From NCBI GenBank assembly GCA_015680685.1, contig MNCI01001305.1, positions 93,887 to 157,886 of the forward strand: a stretch of DNA of 64,000 nt, given 5' to 3'. The stretch comes from Gnetum montanum (Eukaryota; Plantae; Gnetophyta). Of the stretch, positions 12,801-25,330 are shown piece after piece (the stretch's first letter is position 1; every line of letters begins with the position of its first letter). The notes beneath the pieces were generated by a model, which worked only from the letters and a program-made list of their open reading frames with translations, searched no databases and was not told where the DNA came from. A program made the translations under genes and the position numbers.

Positions 12801-14575
12801 CTCATCACTAACATGGTGAGATCAAAGATGCAGATTAAGAAGCCTCGCCCCACAGATGTTCCCACATGCGAAATTGAAGAAAGTGGCAAGAAGCTACACC
12901 TCAAACTCAACAATGCATGATCATAGTTTGCTGGTAAAAATACATTATTTAGTGTATTATTATTTTTTAAAAATGCTCTAACTTAAGTTTGTGAAACATA
13001 AGTGAGGAGGACCCTACTGTAGAAGAGAAGCCCTTGGCGGAGGACATTCCTTAGCTAGAGGAACACATGACAAATAAAGATGTCACCAAAATCTTGAGGC
13101 AACTCAAAGAGGAGGGGCTACAATTCAAGGATAGTGAGTTTGATCATTTTTTGAAGGCATGAAAATGAGTGATCCCCTTACTCTCACCCCTAAGGGTTTT
13201 CTAGGTAGGAACTTGGCACCACCATTTTCATTATGCTCTTCCTCTACCTCTTCTCTCTCTTCCTCTTCTCTATTTTTTTGACATTATTTTTATACTTTTT
13301 TATGTTTTGTTTTGACAATGCTCACATGATTTATCTTACAACAAGTAATGCTTCTGCTAAGCATCATGAATCTACATCCACTTTCTGCTCACAACCATGG
13401 ACAAAAACTCCAAACAAGTTTTCCTTCATGCAAGGTATAGTGGATGACATAATTGACTGTCTGAAATAAATAGATCCTAAGATAGTTATGTTTTTGTTGT
13501 TTTTTTCTTTTTGTTTTTGTTTTTTTTGCATTTTTGTCTTGCAAATAATGTTTTCCATTTTTGGTGTAATAGCCTCACAACTCAAGTGGAACCCACAAAG
13601 GGTGATCCAAGTTGATGTTGTACCTGAGTTCCTTCCTAAGGTAGAACATGTGCCTTGTCATATATGTGATGAGGCTAGAAAATTCACACTACACTTGGCA
13701 CAATCATTGTGGGAATGTAGGCACATGAACAAGGAGCTTTGGAAATGAGTGCAAACACTTGAGGAATAGAAGGCGAACCAAGCAACTCAACTAGAAGACT
13801 TGTAGTTGTGGCACAACTTCTTGGAAGCCCACGATAAATTAGATGGCAGCTAGCATATGGTTGTGATTAACTACGCCAGATATTGATCAGTTATCAAGGG
13901 TAAGAATGAGGCCACTTTTGAGGTTATTGAACAACACTTGCAGATGGACCTCTTGGCTAGAAAGAACAAAGATTGGAATTACTATAGTGCCAAAGCATAT
14001 GAGTGTGGAAAAACTCAGAAGAACTACAAGTACCATTACAAGATGGAATGCATAGCTTATCATAAGAAATATAGGGATGAGTTTGTGGAGCATCAAGGTC
14101 ATGACATATTCCTAGACGCCATCGGTGCAACATAGGCTTATAATAGGTTTGTAAAACACCTAGTGGTTAGTGAGTCCCCAGAGAGGGAAATTTTTGTTCC
14201 TTCCAAAGAGGTTACATTTGCCACATTTTCTTCAGGGCTGTCCATAATGAACAACCATGGAGAAAGGGAAGACTCTTGCAGGCATTCACTTAGGAGAGGA
14301 GGATTGGGCACATATGACAAAGGAGGAGATCCTTCGACGCCTAGAGGCTAGCCTTAATAGGATGCCCCCAGACATGGATGCGGGCCTATTTTAGGTTGGT
14401 TAAATTTACTTTATTGCTATCTATTTCATAATAATTTTCCATGTTATCCTCTTTATTGACTGGTTTATTACTTCACTTTTGTTTTATGTAGGATCCAAGT
14501 GGAGATGCAGGACCTAGCGGAGCAGCAGATAAAGATGAAGGGGAAGAGTCTTTGTTTAAAACCTTTGAGATGTAG
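9828..14575 (+). pseudogene. Antisense multi-exon accessory gene of element A (FCP1/NIF-like pseudo-phosphatase + PMD/transposon-protein-like + acidic + coiled-coil)
   Basis: Exons 9828-9946, 11034-11482, 11563-11834, 11917-12933, ~13000-13204, ~13345-13465, ~13573-14392, 14492-14575. Introns 1-3 are GT..AG with compatible phases. Translation is homologous to the copies in B and D. Confidence 0.8.
10525..10895. repeat. Degenerate 55-75-bp tandem array in intron 1 of the A antisense gene
   Basis: About 6 units each containing (ac)acttagaaaaatttt plus a short palindrome such as catgctccctgggagcatg. The same acttagaaaaattt motif recurs in the A LTR. Confidence 0.7.
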
Positions 14576-14744
14576 CCTTGTTGTTGGGAAATTTTTCTAT
14601 CTTTGATGTGGATGTAATCTTGGACTATGTATTTTATGATTTAATGAAAGGCACGATATTTATTTTTTTTATGTATTGATCTCTAGTAGTATCATTTTAA
14701 CTTGTATTTTAATTAATCTTACTTTGGCTTTTTCTATGTAATTA

Positions 14745-14870
14745 GGCCCCTTGTGGGCCCCATGTGCTACTAGTTTAAGGCCATTTCAAGCCATTATGTA
14801 AAAGGAAGTCAGTTGGTAGTTTTAGGCCTTGGCAAGCCATGTGATAGTTTAAGCCCATTTCAAGCCCCAC
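14745..14870 (-). repeat. Short tandem array after the gag-PR stop in A
   Basis: Repeated tagtttaaggcc...aagcc units, homologous to the 28780-29092 array of B. Confidence 0.6.
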
Positions 14871-14994
14871 TTCTTTTCTCTTTTTTTTTTGTTTTTTTTT
14901 TTTGTTCTTTTGCAACTAAACGAAAGCATAACTAATGCAAAAAGTAAACATAATGTAAATTGAAACTATGTAGACAAAAGGGGCTAAAGATAAG

Positions 14995-16130
14995 TTAGAT
15001 GAGAAAGCAAGTTAGGGACATGCCTTAATCATGCAAATGTTTCCTAACTTGACATGGGTTAGGTGATGAGTAGGGCCTAGGAGATACAAGGTGATACTCT
15101 CCTAGGTTGTCATTTGTTGTAGAAAAGGAAAATTTTGCCCATAGAGCATCCTCATAGAAATCACTCATTTTGCTTGGTTCATCGGTCGAACAACATCAAC
15201 TTTCATTGCAAACAGGTGGTGTGTCTTTGAAGATTTCTACCTATGACCCTTGCTCAGTGTCTACATTGTTGATGGTCCAAGGGGCTATGTTATCACCAAA
15301 GATCAGCACCTCTCCACCCTCATAGTGTAAGTGGATCTCTTGGTCGGTTGGTGAAGAGATGGCCCCTAGTTGGGCTAACCAAGATCTCCCTAGGATTAGG
15401 TTGAATCCAAGCAATCTCTTCAATCATGATGAACTCTGCATTGGTGGGGAATTTTTCCCCTACCACAAAATCAATTGTGACTATTCCCTTGACAACCATG
15501 CATGCTCCATTAAAAGACTTTAAATTTTTGTTGGCCTGATTTAATCCACCAGGCTAAGCTTATTGACAATAGGAAACAAGATAACGTTGGTTGCTACCCC
15601 TTCATCGACATGCACCCTATGAATCTTGTACTGACCCATGAAAATTGTTATGAACATGGGTGCAATAGTTACTTGATCCTTCTCAAGGTCAGCTTTGATT
15701 ACTTCATTGTGAAAGGTCAAGAGTGTTGACCTTGATTCCTTAGTTGCAAGTAGGACCATTATGATGTGAATAGCCTTTTCCTCTATTGACATGTCTTCCT
15801 TAATAGGAATGGATGCCAACATGTGAACTAATGCTTCACTGTGGGTGGAAGAAGTCATAACTAGATCATATAGGCTCAAAGTTGTATTCTTTTATTTTAT
15901 AGCTTGTTTAACCTATGCAAGTGCATCTAGAAAATCTTTTCTACCATTCAATTGTTTGGTGGTCTTTATCTCCTCCACACACCCTAAGAGATGGAAATCC
16001 TAAGGAGGAGGAGACTTGGCTTTTAGTTGGGTAGTGAGCTTTTCAGCCTCAGTGATTTCTTATTGTGTGTGCATGTCTGTGTTGGTTGTAGCAACTGGAA
16101 ACATTGGTGGCTGGAAACACTTAGTTGCAT
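14995..16130 (-). pseudogene. Element A gag-PR linker and aspartic protease, ending at its own TAA
   Basis: PMFITIFMGQYKIHRVHVDEGVATNVI (degenerate DxG motif) and FNLILGRSWLAQLGAISSPTDQEI. C-terminal PYSSPNP..RKHL...CFLI* matches B. Confidence 0.85.
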
Positions 16131-16145
16131 AGAGCATAGAGAAAT

Positions 16146-17724
16146 CTCTAGCCTGCCCACTTAGACAATTCACTTGGCTGACAGTTTACTTAGAAACCAT
16201 ACATGGAGTTGTCGGCAGTGCTCAGGATGCACGAAATAGTTCAACAAGTTTTCTAGTCAAGAAGTTTGCTACGCTATGTAGTGTAGCAGGCCTCAGAAGA
16301 TAGTTGTTTTGAAAATCAACTATAAACTGTTGCAGGACAAAGTGCTATGTTGTGCTATGCCACACAGTGTAGCACAGTGTAGCAAAGGTAAGACAGGAAG
16401 GCCTAGCTTACCTAGTGATTCCAATTGCACTCAGCAGGCACTCCGACATTCAAAACTAGTTGCCTTGTTCAACTTCAAGCCCTTTGGCAAAAAATCTCTT
16501 ACTAGAAAATTACAGATTAAGCGAAAAGCAGGCTACAATGGCTGCTATGCTATGCTACACTACGTAGCATAGAAGAGCATAGTGACAATGAAAAAAATAG
16601 TAAAAGATGTCTAAAATGCAAAGTGTAGCAAGCTCAAGAGTTCCCCCTTGCGAAGAGCAAAAGTTGCAGTTGTTAGCATGATCAAGCTTCAAGTAAGCTT
16701 TTGTAACTTCAACACAAGTCACAGATGAAGCTTGCTACTACACTACGCTATGTTACATAGCTTAGGATAGCATAGAAAAGATGAAAAACCAAAAGGGAAC
16801 ACTTCAAAGGTCAACACAAACTTCTTTTTCAAACTGGTGGCTACGTTGTGCTATGCTACATAGTGTAGCACAACGTAGTAGGCTGCTACGCTATGCCAAC
16901 ATGCTATGCTACATAGCATAGTAGGTGGCTACACTATGCCTTGTTCCTCATTTGCATTTTTAGCATATTTTATTCCAGGATCTCTAGTTCTGACAACGTA
17001 ATTACAACATGACAAGTTCACAACCGGCTTTGCATGTCCGTGCGGTGTGGGCACGTCAACATTTTGTGGGTCCAGGACACGTGGCATCCAAGCCTAATTT
17101 CTCACATGCTCCTGACCTTATAAATATCCTGGTGAGCAACACTTAAAGGGTTGTTGGAAAATTTGGTTGGTTGAAAAATTTAAGCAGTTGACAAATTAGC
17201 AATTCAAAGGAGTGGCAAAACTAAACGGATGGCATTTTCGCTTGGCACTCTGTTAGCTCTTTTCTATTGCCTTTGTAGCACTTTGAATTGTTTCCTTTTG
17301 AGTCCACATTCAAGAATATAATTGGCCTACTTTGAACATCCTAGTTACCTTTGGGATCTTTGTGCTTCCCAGTGTTACGCAACTGATTGTATCCACCTCA
17401 GCAAAGTAAAGCCGCAATCTTGAGGTGGTGCATTTTCTAACTGTAGTTCACATTACATTCCTGCTCATTATTATTGCATTTTACATTTTTTTTCACTTCA
17501 TTACATTTATTAATTGTTATATTATGTTACAAACATCTCTTCCGCATTACACATTTATGAAAGTTGAAGTGACACCGACTAAGTCCATGTCTGATCGACC
17601 AGACCGTTCAAGGTGCCCCATTTCCATTTTTAATCCAGCATGGCCCTTGCATGGATCTGGGGTTAAGATTGTTCACCCAATAACCTCTCGGTGTTTCGAG
17701 CCACTGATGTTTTCAGTCGCTATA
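16146..17724 (+). repeat. 5'-truncated 5' LTR of element C (same family as B)
   Basis: Begins ctctagcctgcccacttagacaattcac (internal LTR sequence of B), TATAAATA at 17119-17126, ends ttttcagtcgctata (decayed ...GCTACA). Confidence 0.85.
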
Positions 17725-17730
17725 GTCTTC

Positions 17731-17747
17731 TGGCATTAGAAGGAGGA
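17731..17747 (+). promoter_or_regulatory. Primer-binding site of element C
   Basis: TGGCATTAGAAGGAGGA 6 nt after the LTR end. Same motif follows the B 5' LTR. Cognate tRNA not assigned. Confidence 0.7.
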
Positions 17748-17963
17748 CCTTTTGGTGCCTTTTCCGTGTTTCACGGTAGTCTTGCATGCGTTCTGTACCC
17801 TATCGCGCACTAGCGTAAAAGTGACACCCTTTTGCAATTTTTTACATATTGTGTGGTGTAGATCAGTCACTTTGATGGTTCCTCTAGAATCTTGCAAGAT
17901 AAAAAGCCTCCGATCACCTTTTGATCTCCTTGTTTTTCTCGTTTGCAAATCCTTTTTAGCCTT

Positions 17964-20830
17964 ATGACAATGATTTCCTCAAGCACAGTAGCTACTACCT
18001 CTAACGTTGAGGTTCCCCTTTCGGTTCAAGGCATCATAGGTGCCAAGCAGCCACCCAGCCCAGTGCTAGGGCCACATCGATCCCTTAGGATCCAAAATTG
18101 GGTACCTGAAGGCTTGACCCAACAACACGAGCGATATAACTTTCTTTACGCTAAGGTGCAGGAAAATATGCCCTTAGATGCTCAAGAACTTGAAGATAAG
18201 TGCAGCTTTGAGTTCACCTACTGTAATGGAAGGGAATTTCTTCCCACTCTTAGTGTTTCTATTTCTTTGACCCAAATGCATCAGTGGCTCATAGATCAGC
18301 TGGTAGCGGTCACTAGGTCTAGGAAGCCACGAGACATGGCGTCTCACCATGATGAGGTGTTCTAAGATGGTCAAGAGGAAATGGATTCCTTGTCCAAGGG
18401 TGGGGGTCAAACCAACCCTGCCACCATTCCTCCCACCCCATCTTTTCAAACAAACCCACTATTTACTGCCACTTCCTTCGTGATCCACACCGTCGCAACC
18501 TGCAACTACATAGGCAACGAGTAGCAATGCGATGTCCTCGGCGTATCAACACACTTACTCCCCTATCTCATTCGCAGCCACTACCCCTCCGCAAACTATT
18601 CCTCAATCCTTTCATGCATCATATCACAGACCTGTCACAGCTACTTTGCCCTATGTTCACACTATACCTACTTCAAAATTTCATGCATTTTTCACCTCTA
18701 TACCTATGTCTACACCTGTCCCACTGTCAGCAGTGGGCCTAGGCAGCTCCACATGGTGGACACCATTTTCCTTTCCTCTTGTTACACAACTGTCGCAAAT
18801 GTCTCACTATGCTTGTTATCAAACCTACCAGGTCCCACAGATGGTACAACCAAGTTCGGGACCATAGTCTGTCCCATGGGCCATGCAAGTGGCCTACCTT
18901 GTAGCATAGCCGGTGGCTGCTACTCCTATAGCATTACCTACCGGGTGGTGGACAGCATAAGCAACACCTTTTATAGGGGCTGCCCCAATGACACCGCCTA
19001 TTGGTCACATCGCTACCCCTACCATGCCACAGATGGGAGTTGCCTTGATAGCTCCCCAACCATCTGCATCATCCCTAGGTCTGGATCAAGCATTCCAGCT
19101 TATCCAGACCCTTACTGAGGAAATCAAATGCTTCAAGACTACTGGTTCTAACACGGTACAAGTTATGGACTTCTACCAAGATGATCCCATCAAGCTGGTA
19201 GTCCCTACACTGACTTAACCCCTTGGGATTCCACTCCCCCATTTCAAAAAATACAATGGGGAGGACAATCCCAACACATATCTTGTCACATTCAAATCTG
19301 AGTCCCTTCTTCTGCAATAATGGCTACATACAATCATTCATGTCTTTGTTATGTCTCTAATGGGGAAGGCCCTTGATTGGTACTGCACGCTGCCACACTC
19401 CTCCATCTCAACCCTAGAGAGCTCCTAACCCAATTCGTGACACGTTTCATGTACAACTTGAGACCAGAAGTTACGCTAGATCAGCTAATGAGCGTGAAGT
19501 AAGATCCATTGGAACCAGTCCAGAAGTTCATCCAACGGTGGAGTGCTACCCTTAATGAGATCCGCGAGCCTATCGTGGAGGCCCATTTGCTGGCAGTCTT
19601 TAAGGGTGTAGTGAATGACTTTATCAAGTCCAAGCTGTACTACCTCACTACCTAGACTCTTATTTAGGCTTTCACCCAAACTAAGAGCATACAAGATGCA
19701 ACCAAGGCAAGCAAAGACCAGGCCTATGTTGCATACAAGAACACATTTACCAAGAAGGACAAGGATAAGGGTAAGGCTACAATAGCCACAATGGCCATTG
19801 TGGCAAATGAAGCGAAGCCCAACATCAAAAAAAGCAACAAGAAACTGGTCGTACCAGCACCTAACCTTGCACCCAAATAAGGAAATGTAGCTCAACCCTC
19901 CACAGCTACATCTAAAGCATCTATGTCATCTAAACCAAACTTTAAGCATAAAGATCACTCAAAGTATACCCTGCTACCTATCAAGCCTTCAAAACTTCTG
20001 AAGAAATTACTGGCAGCGGGGTACATCCAACACAAGCATATGTCAGAGGAGGAAGTCAAAAAACATCAACGGTATTGTGAACATCTTAGGAACCCCTCCT
20101 TGGCCTTGCCCAATGAGCCCCAAGTTCCTAAGAATTTCAGGCTAGATTGGTTCTGTGAGTACTATCAACAGTGTGGTCATGACACAGATTATTGCATGGC
20201 GTTAAAAGATGACATCCAAAGAATGATTGATCAAGGGAAACTGGTTCTAGATGAAAATAATCTGGTGTGCCCCAAAAATCAATCTTTGCACATTTACACA
20301 GATCCTCTTAATGCCAACAATGCTGGTTACGTAATCAACACCATTGTTATTGACAGGAATCCTAAAGCACCCTAGCAGCTTTTTGTGATTCGTGTGCCTT
20401 AGTGTAGCGCACTAGCACCACCAACGGCTAAATAGCCTCCACAACAACCATTTGTCTTGAGGGCCCCTCCCCGAACATCTGTCCCTATACCACCTATTAG
20501 CAAAAAAGCACCACAATTACATGCATTAACATCATCAACACCATTTATCATTAGGGGGCCAAGTCACTCAACTGCCCCCACCATGCATAAGACAACACCA
20601 TAGCCTTCTTATCCAAAGAGACAAGAAGAGCATTTGATGGGTGAGATGTTAAGGGAAAGTACCATCCCAGGTACTTCTAAGACTATTCCCTCGTCCCCTA
20701 CACCTATGTCCTTGCCACTGGAAGATAGCATTGCAACATGTGCACGGTTGTCACCACCTCACCCAAAGGGTCTGATCGTAGACCCAAAACTATTCCTCCT
20801 CGCGAAATTTGTCTCTTTCGGAGAATAGAA
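17964..20830 (+). pseudogene. Element C gag (long Pro/Thr-rich N-terminal extension, Retrotrans_gag core, Tat-type zinc knuckle)
   Basis: LPHFKKYNGEDNPNTYLVTF...SLMGKALDWYCTLP..SI at ~19230-19410; CEYYQQCGHDTDYCMALKDDIQRMIDQGKL at ~20150-20245. Contains in-frame stops. Confidence 0.85.
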
Positions 20831-20934
20831 GAGGAGAAGGGTAGTAAACAAGAAGGTGGCCCTGACCTTTTAAGCACTCTTACTCAGGTCAAGTAGGCTT
20901 TATGATCTATGTGACCAAGTGTCTGTGCACGCTC

Positions 20935-22105
20935 TATGCTCTATGCGACCAAGTATCTATGCACACTCCTCCTCTATGAAGTTGAGGTCGATGATCCTCA
21001 ACTTGTTGTTCTAGGCTTCTCTCATGATATTCAATAGGATCATTCGAAGTGAAAGTACCTGCAACTCAATAGGTAACACCACTTTAGATCCATAAACAAG
21101 ACTATAAGGTGTCTTCCCTGTCACAATCCTGCATGTCATCTTGTAAGCCCATAGCACATAGAGGATTTTCTCATGCCATCGCCTCTTGCTATTGTTAAGC
21201 ATTTTCTTGAGCAAGTTGATGATGGACTTATTCATAGATTCTACCTATCCGTTTTCCTGCAAGTAGTATGGTGAGGAGAACGACTGCCTGAAGCCAAGGT
21301 TTCTGTAGAAGGTTTTGGTTTCCATGTTGCTAGACTATGGCCCGTTGTCGGTCACAATAGTCATGGAAAGCCCAAACCTTCACGATGTTTTCTAAGATGA
21401 AGTGGCAAATCTACTGGGATGTGGTCTTCCTTAGGGGAATAGCCTCCACTCACTTTGTAAAATACTTGATGGTGGTGATGATGAAGCTATGCACTATGAA
21501 AGACTTGGATGTGATAGGTCCTATGATGTCTAGTCCCCATCGCTAGAAAGGCCATGTGATTTGCGTTAGATGCAACTCTGTAGGCGAAACATGTATGAGA
21601 TTTGCATATTGTTGGCACGTATCACAAGTCTTGACTTTAGCTAGACAATCACACTCCATGTGAGACCAGTAGTACCCTAGGAGTCTAATTTTTGCAGCCA
21701 TGGCTCTAGGTGCCAGGTGTCCACCACACAGTCCCTCGTGTACTTCACTAATAACCTTCTATGCTTGTTCCTCATTTATGCATGCCAATAATATCCTGTC
21801 ATAGGAGCATTTGCACAGGGTGTTGTCTCCCATAAGCACATATTGCCAAGCACACTTACAAATCGCATCTCTTTGGGCAGATGTCAATCCACTTGGGGGC
21901 TTGCCATGTTGCAGGTAGGCTTTAATGTTGGCATACCGCTCCAAGGTGTCTGTAGCACTAATAGAGGCTACATGTACTACCTAAGTGATAGGAATTTTTA
22001 CACTTGGTAATCGAAGTTGGAAAACTTGCAAAAAAGTGTGATGGAACATTTAACACTAGGGTGGCCAAGGCATCTGCTATGGTGTTTTCATTGTGTTCAA
22101 TAGCC
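20935..22105 (-). pseudogene. Inverted fragment of Tat-family aRH end and integrase
   Basis: [49 protein letters not shown]. Closely resembles B 39420-40570 but in opposite orientation to the adjacent gag. Confidence 0.88.
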
Positions 22106-22109
22106 TAAA

Positions 22110-25100
22110 ATTAATACAAACTTTCCACTTATCACCTTTCTTTGGTACAATTATGAGTAGACTAACCCACTCGCTATCCACAATGGGATAGATGAACCCT
22201 TCCTTGAGGAGTTTCTCGATTTCCTCCTTGATGATTTGCTTCAATTTTGGATTCAACCAACTTTGTGGTTGTCATTTTGGTTTCATGGCTAGGTTCTTCT
22301 AAATGCAATGCTAGCATATCCTAAGATGAATCCTTGTGAGTTCAGGATATGACCAAGAAAAAGCTGCTGACCATCTTTCAACTACTTTCGATAGCATCTC
22401 TTTCTATTCTGGTGCAATTCTTACATTGATTATAACTGGCTTCTTATTTTTCAAAAATATATATTCCATTTTAGCCAATAATTTTTTTAATTCAAGGGGT
22501 TTTTCCTTGAAGTTCTCAAGAATTTCCAACTCTTGCTAATAGATATCATCATTTGTATCATCAAAGACTTGTTGATGAACTTGCTCAAGTTCATCCATGC
22601 TCATGACATATTCACATGTTAGGCTTTCAGCTGGTTCCATGCATAGTGTGTTACTTTCCAAATTAGTAGTCAGTCACTAGGTGCCCTCCTATTTTGTGGT
22701 TGTTGCATATAGACACATTTGAATTTCTATTTCTAGTGCACACTACTTGCATACAAAGATAGATGCTTGTTTTATGTCCCAAAGTTTCTGCACACAATTG
22801 CACCCACTATCACTGTATACGATGCATGAAATCTCTTCTTCTTGATCTTTCAAAATACATTTTCCTTAGACATTTCTAGGAAAAGATCTATAATGCCCAT
22901 TCTTACATCTATTGTGCTCAACCATTCTCTTCCCATGATGATTGGAAAGTCCCCTTTGCAATTCTCCAATTTGATTACTAAGGTCTACCAATTTCAATCT
23001 GATATTGCTCTTCTTAAGAGGAGGTAGGTTCTAAAAAGTGCTCATCTCATGAGAAATCAAATTAACACTAGAACTTGAATCGAGAAAAGCCTTGCACGAT
23101 TCGTTCCTAGCAATCTACAAATAAATTAGAGGACTTCCAAGATTAGCTAATTTCCTACGAAGGTTTCATGCATAGATCTAATCAAACATGGTGTGAGTAA
23201 GAATTATGGTATGGATCCTTGGAAGAGTTTGATTTGAAGGAGGCCTAAAGGAATCTAATATGGAGAAAGAGGTAGGAGCAGGGTTGTTAGTTGCGAGTGT
23301 AGGTGAAGGCTCAAGTGGACTACGGGGTCAAAAGAAAGGTCTCTTCTTTGATCTAGTATTCAACCCCTATGATTGATGATTTAGTTGTAGATTAATAGCC
23401 ATTGTAACATTGTGTTGTTGCAATTGAGTGGATAGTTCACTCTTCATAGAAGGAGTAGGTGGTAGTTGTGCAACTAGAGCAGGAGTGTGTGCAGGGATAG
23501 GAGGAGGGTAAGGGTAGAAGGTGGCATCCCTTCTTTTATAGGGAGAAGGAGTTTGATAGTAATCAAAAGGATGGTAGTAGGGCTAAATATTAGAAACATG
23601 ACTAGAAGAGTCATGTGGAGACATGGGTTGCTAAACATGATAACCATATAGATCAGGCTACCGGTAAGGGTATTGTTGCCTTGGTAGTGCAAGCACCCAT
23701 GATTATGATTGCTACCATTGTTGGTACTATTTGTACGATTGAGATGGAGCTCTACTTGGATAATATGGTTGTTTCCGGTGGAATTTCTTGAGATTACCTT
23801 GAGGATAAGGCAACCTTCTAGATGTTTACCTTTGTGTAAGTCATGGATGTAAGGCATATACCCTAGAATCTTGAAGATGTGACACAATGGGGCAACATCC
23901 CTTATGATGTTCATACTAGTAGACATCATATCTACAATCATCATCTAATTCACTATCCACAACCTCTTCTATTGTAGCAATCTTGCCCTTACTTTTGTAA
24001 TATGCACATTTAGTTTCTTTGCATCTCCTGCACTCACAATCACTACCTTTTTCTCGAGACTCTTCAACACATTTCAGGATACCTAGAAATTGGCTATCCA
24101 TAAAGTTCCTTAACTGATCAACCTTGGTCATAAGTTTAGATTGGAATTGTTGAAGTGGCAAGGATTTCTTAGGAATCCCCTCATCAAATATGGATTTTTC
24201 CCCACTATCATCAAATCAAACCTCCCTCTTGTAGATGGAAGGATCATGGTTGTACTCCTTTGCACTTTCTCTTTTTCTTAGTTCACCTTCGTCTTTGGCG
24301 ACCTACTCTATTAACCTTTTTACCTAACAGGTAGTTAGTTCTAACAATTTTCCTTGTGCATAAATACCAAGGGTTTTCCTTGTTTCATTATGAAGCTTGT
24401 CTACAATGTGGTGGAGTTGATCTAATTGAGAATAATCATGGACAGGGCATTTTTGCATCAAGGCATAGTATCAGCCAATGGCAACATCCAAAGGATTGTG
24501 TGCTTCTTGTTTCCACCCTTGAATTTGCTTCCTTAAGTTGTACACCCAAGAGTACATTTGATACTTATCATTGAACATTTCAAGCATGGTACTCCATTGT
24601 CTAATAGATTTTGGTTCTAAGGCTCATTGCTAGTTCTCTACTTCTTTGATGAGTGTCCTGGGAAACAACTTTAGTTTTTGCCATTCATTCTCTATGTTTT
24701 GCAAGGAACATGCATCTTGGAAATCTTGAAGATGATTCTACAAATTAGAGTTATATCCTCCTTCAAATTGAGGAATATTGTTCATGTCTAATCATTTGAT
24801 CTGACTATCTTTCACATGCCTTGTTGGAATTTTGACTACATTTGCTATGTTGAGCATACTTCAAGTAGCAAATAGAGGTACATCAAGGCCTTGATCATGG
24901 TGCCTAAGATGCCCTCTACTACCCTTTCATTCATGACAATGTGCCTCTCTTGAACATCTACACCCATGTTCATGCCTATCTTGACAATCCTTTTGGTTAT
25001 TTTGGTCCCATCAATCATTGCACTCATTTCAATCACCTCCATCATGATCTCACCTTCTACGATCATGGTCAAAGTTAGAGGAAGATCATGATGATGAAGG

Positions 25101-25330
25101 GAAAGAGGATGGAGAATCAACACCATCATGGTACCTACTACCACCTCTTTGGTGATTATGACCAAAATCATGATCATGCTTCTTGCCAACATCCCTATCT
25201 TGGCTTGTCATTCAAAATCCATCTTTGTCATTAGATCCCTTGTTACCAAAATTAGGATTGTGAACAATGGAGTGCAGATTCTAGTTTTGATCTTTATCAT
25301 TGAATTCAAAGAGAGGAGTGTCATTAAGTG
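22110..25330 (-). pseudogene. Element E gag-PR-RT (N-terminal part)
   Basis: Gag IPQFEGG...NHLQDFQDAC...KLKLFPRTL (~24640-24790); PR KAFLDSSSSVNLIS (~23050-23095) and IIGREWL; RT GFIYPIVDSEWVSLLIIVPKKG..WKVCINF (~22110-22200). Confidence 0.85.

Larger units (their letters stand above)
2545..16140 (-). mobile_element. Element A: degenerate, 5'-truncated Tat-type Ty3/gypsy LTR retrotransposon (PR | antisense gene | RT-RH-aRH-INT | 3' LTR)
   Basis: Ordered PR, RT, RH, aRH and INT remnants on the minus strand, a 3' tandem array and a 3' LTR. Gag core and 5' LTR are absent. Confidence 0.88.

Noticed and set aside
9828-14575. Antisense spliced gene as a host gene invaded by TEs
   Set aside because: It occupies the same position and orientation in three element copies and lies inside the TSD-bounded element B.
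16146-20830. C as the inverted missing 5' half of element A
   Set aside because: The C LTR aligns with B's LTRs along its length and lacks the acttagaaaaattt repeats of A's LTR.
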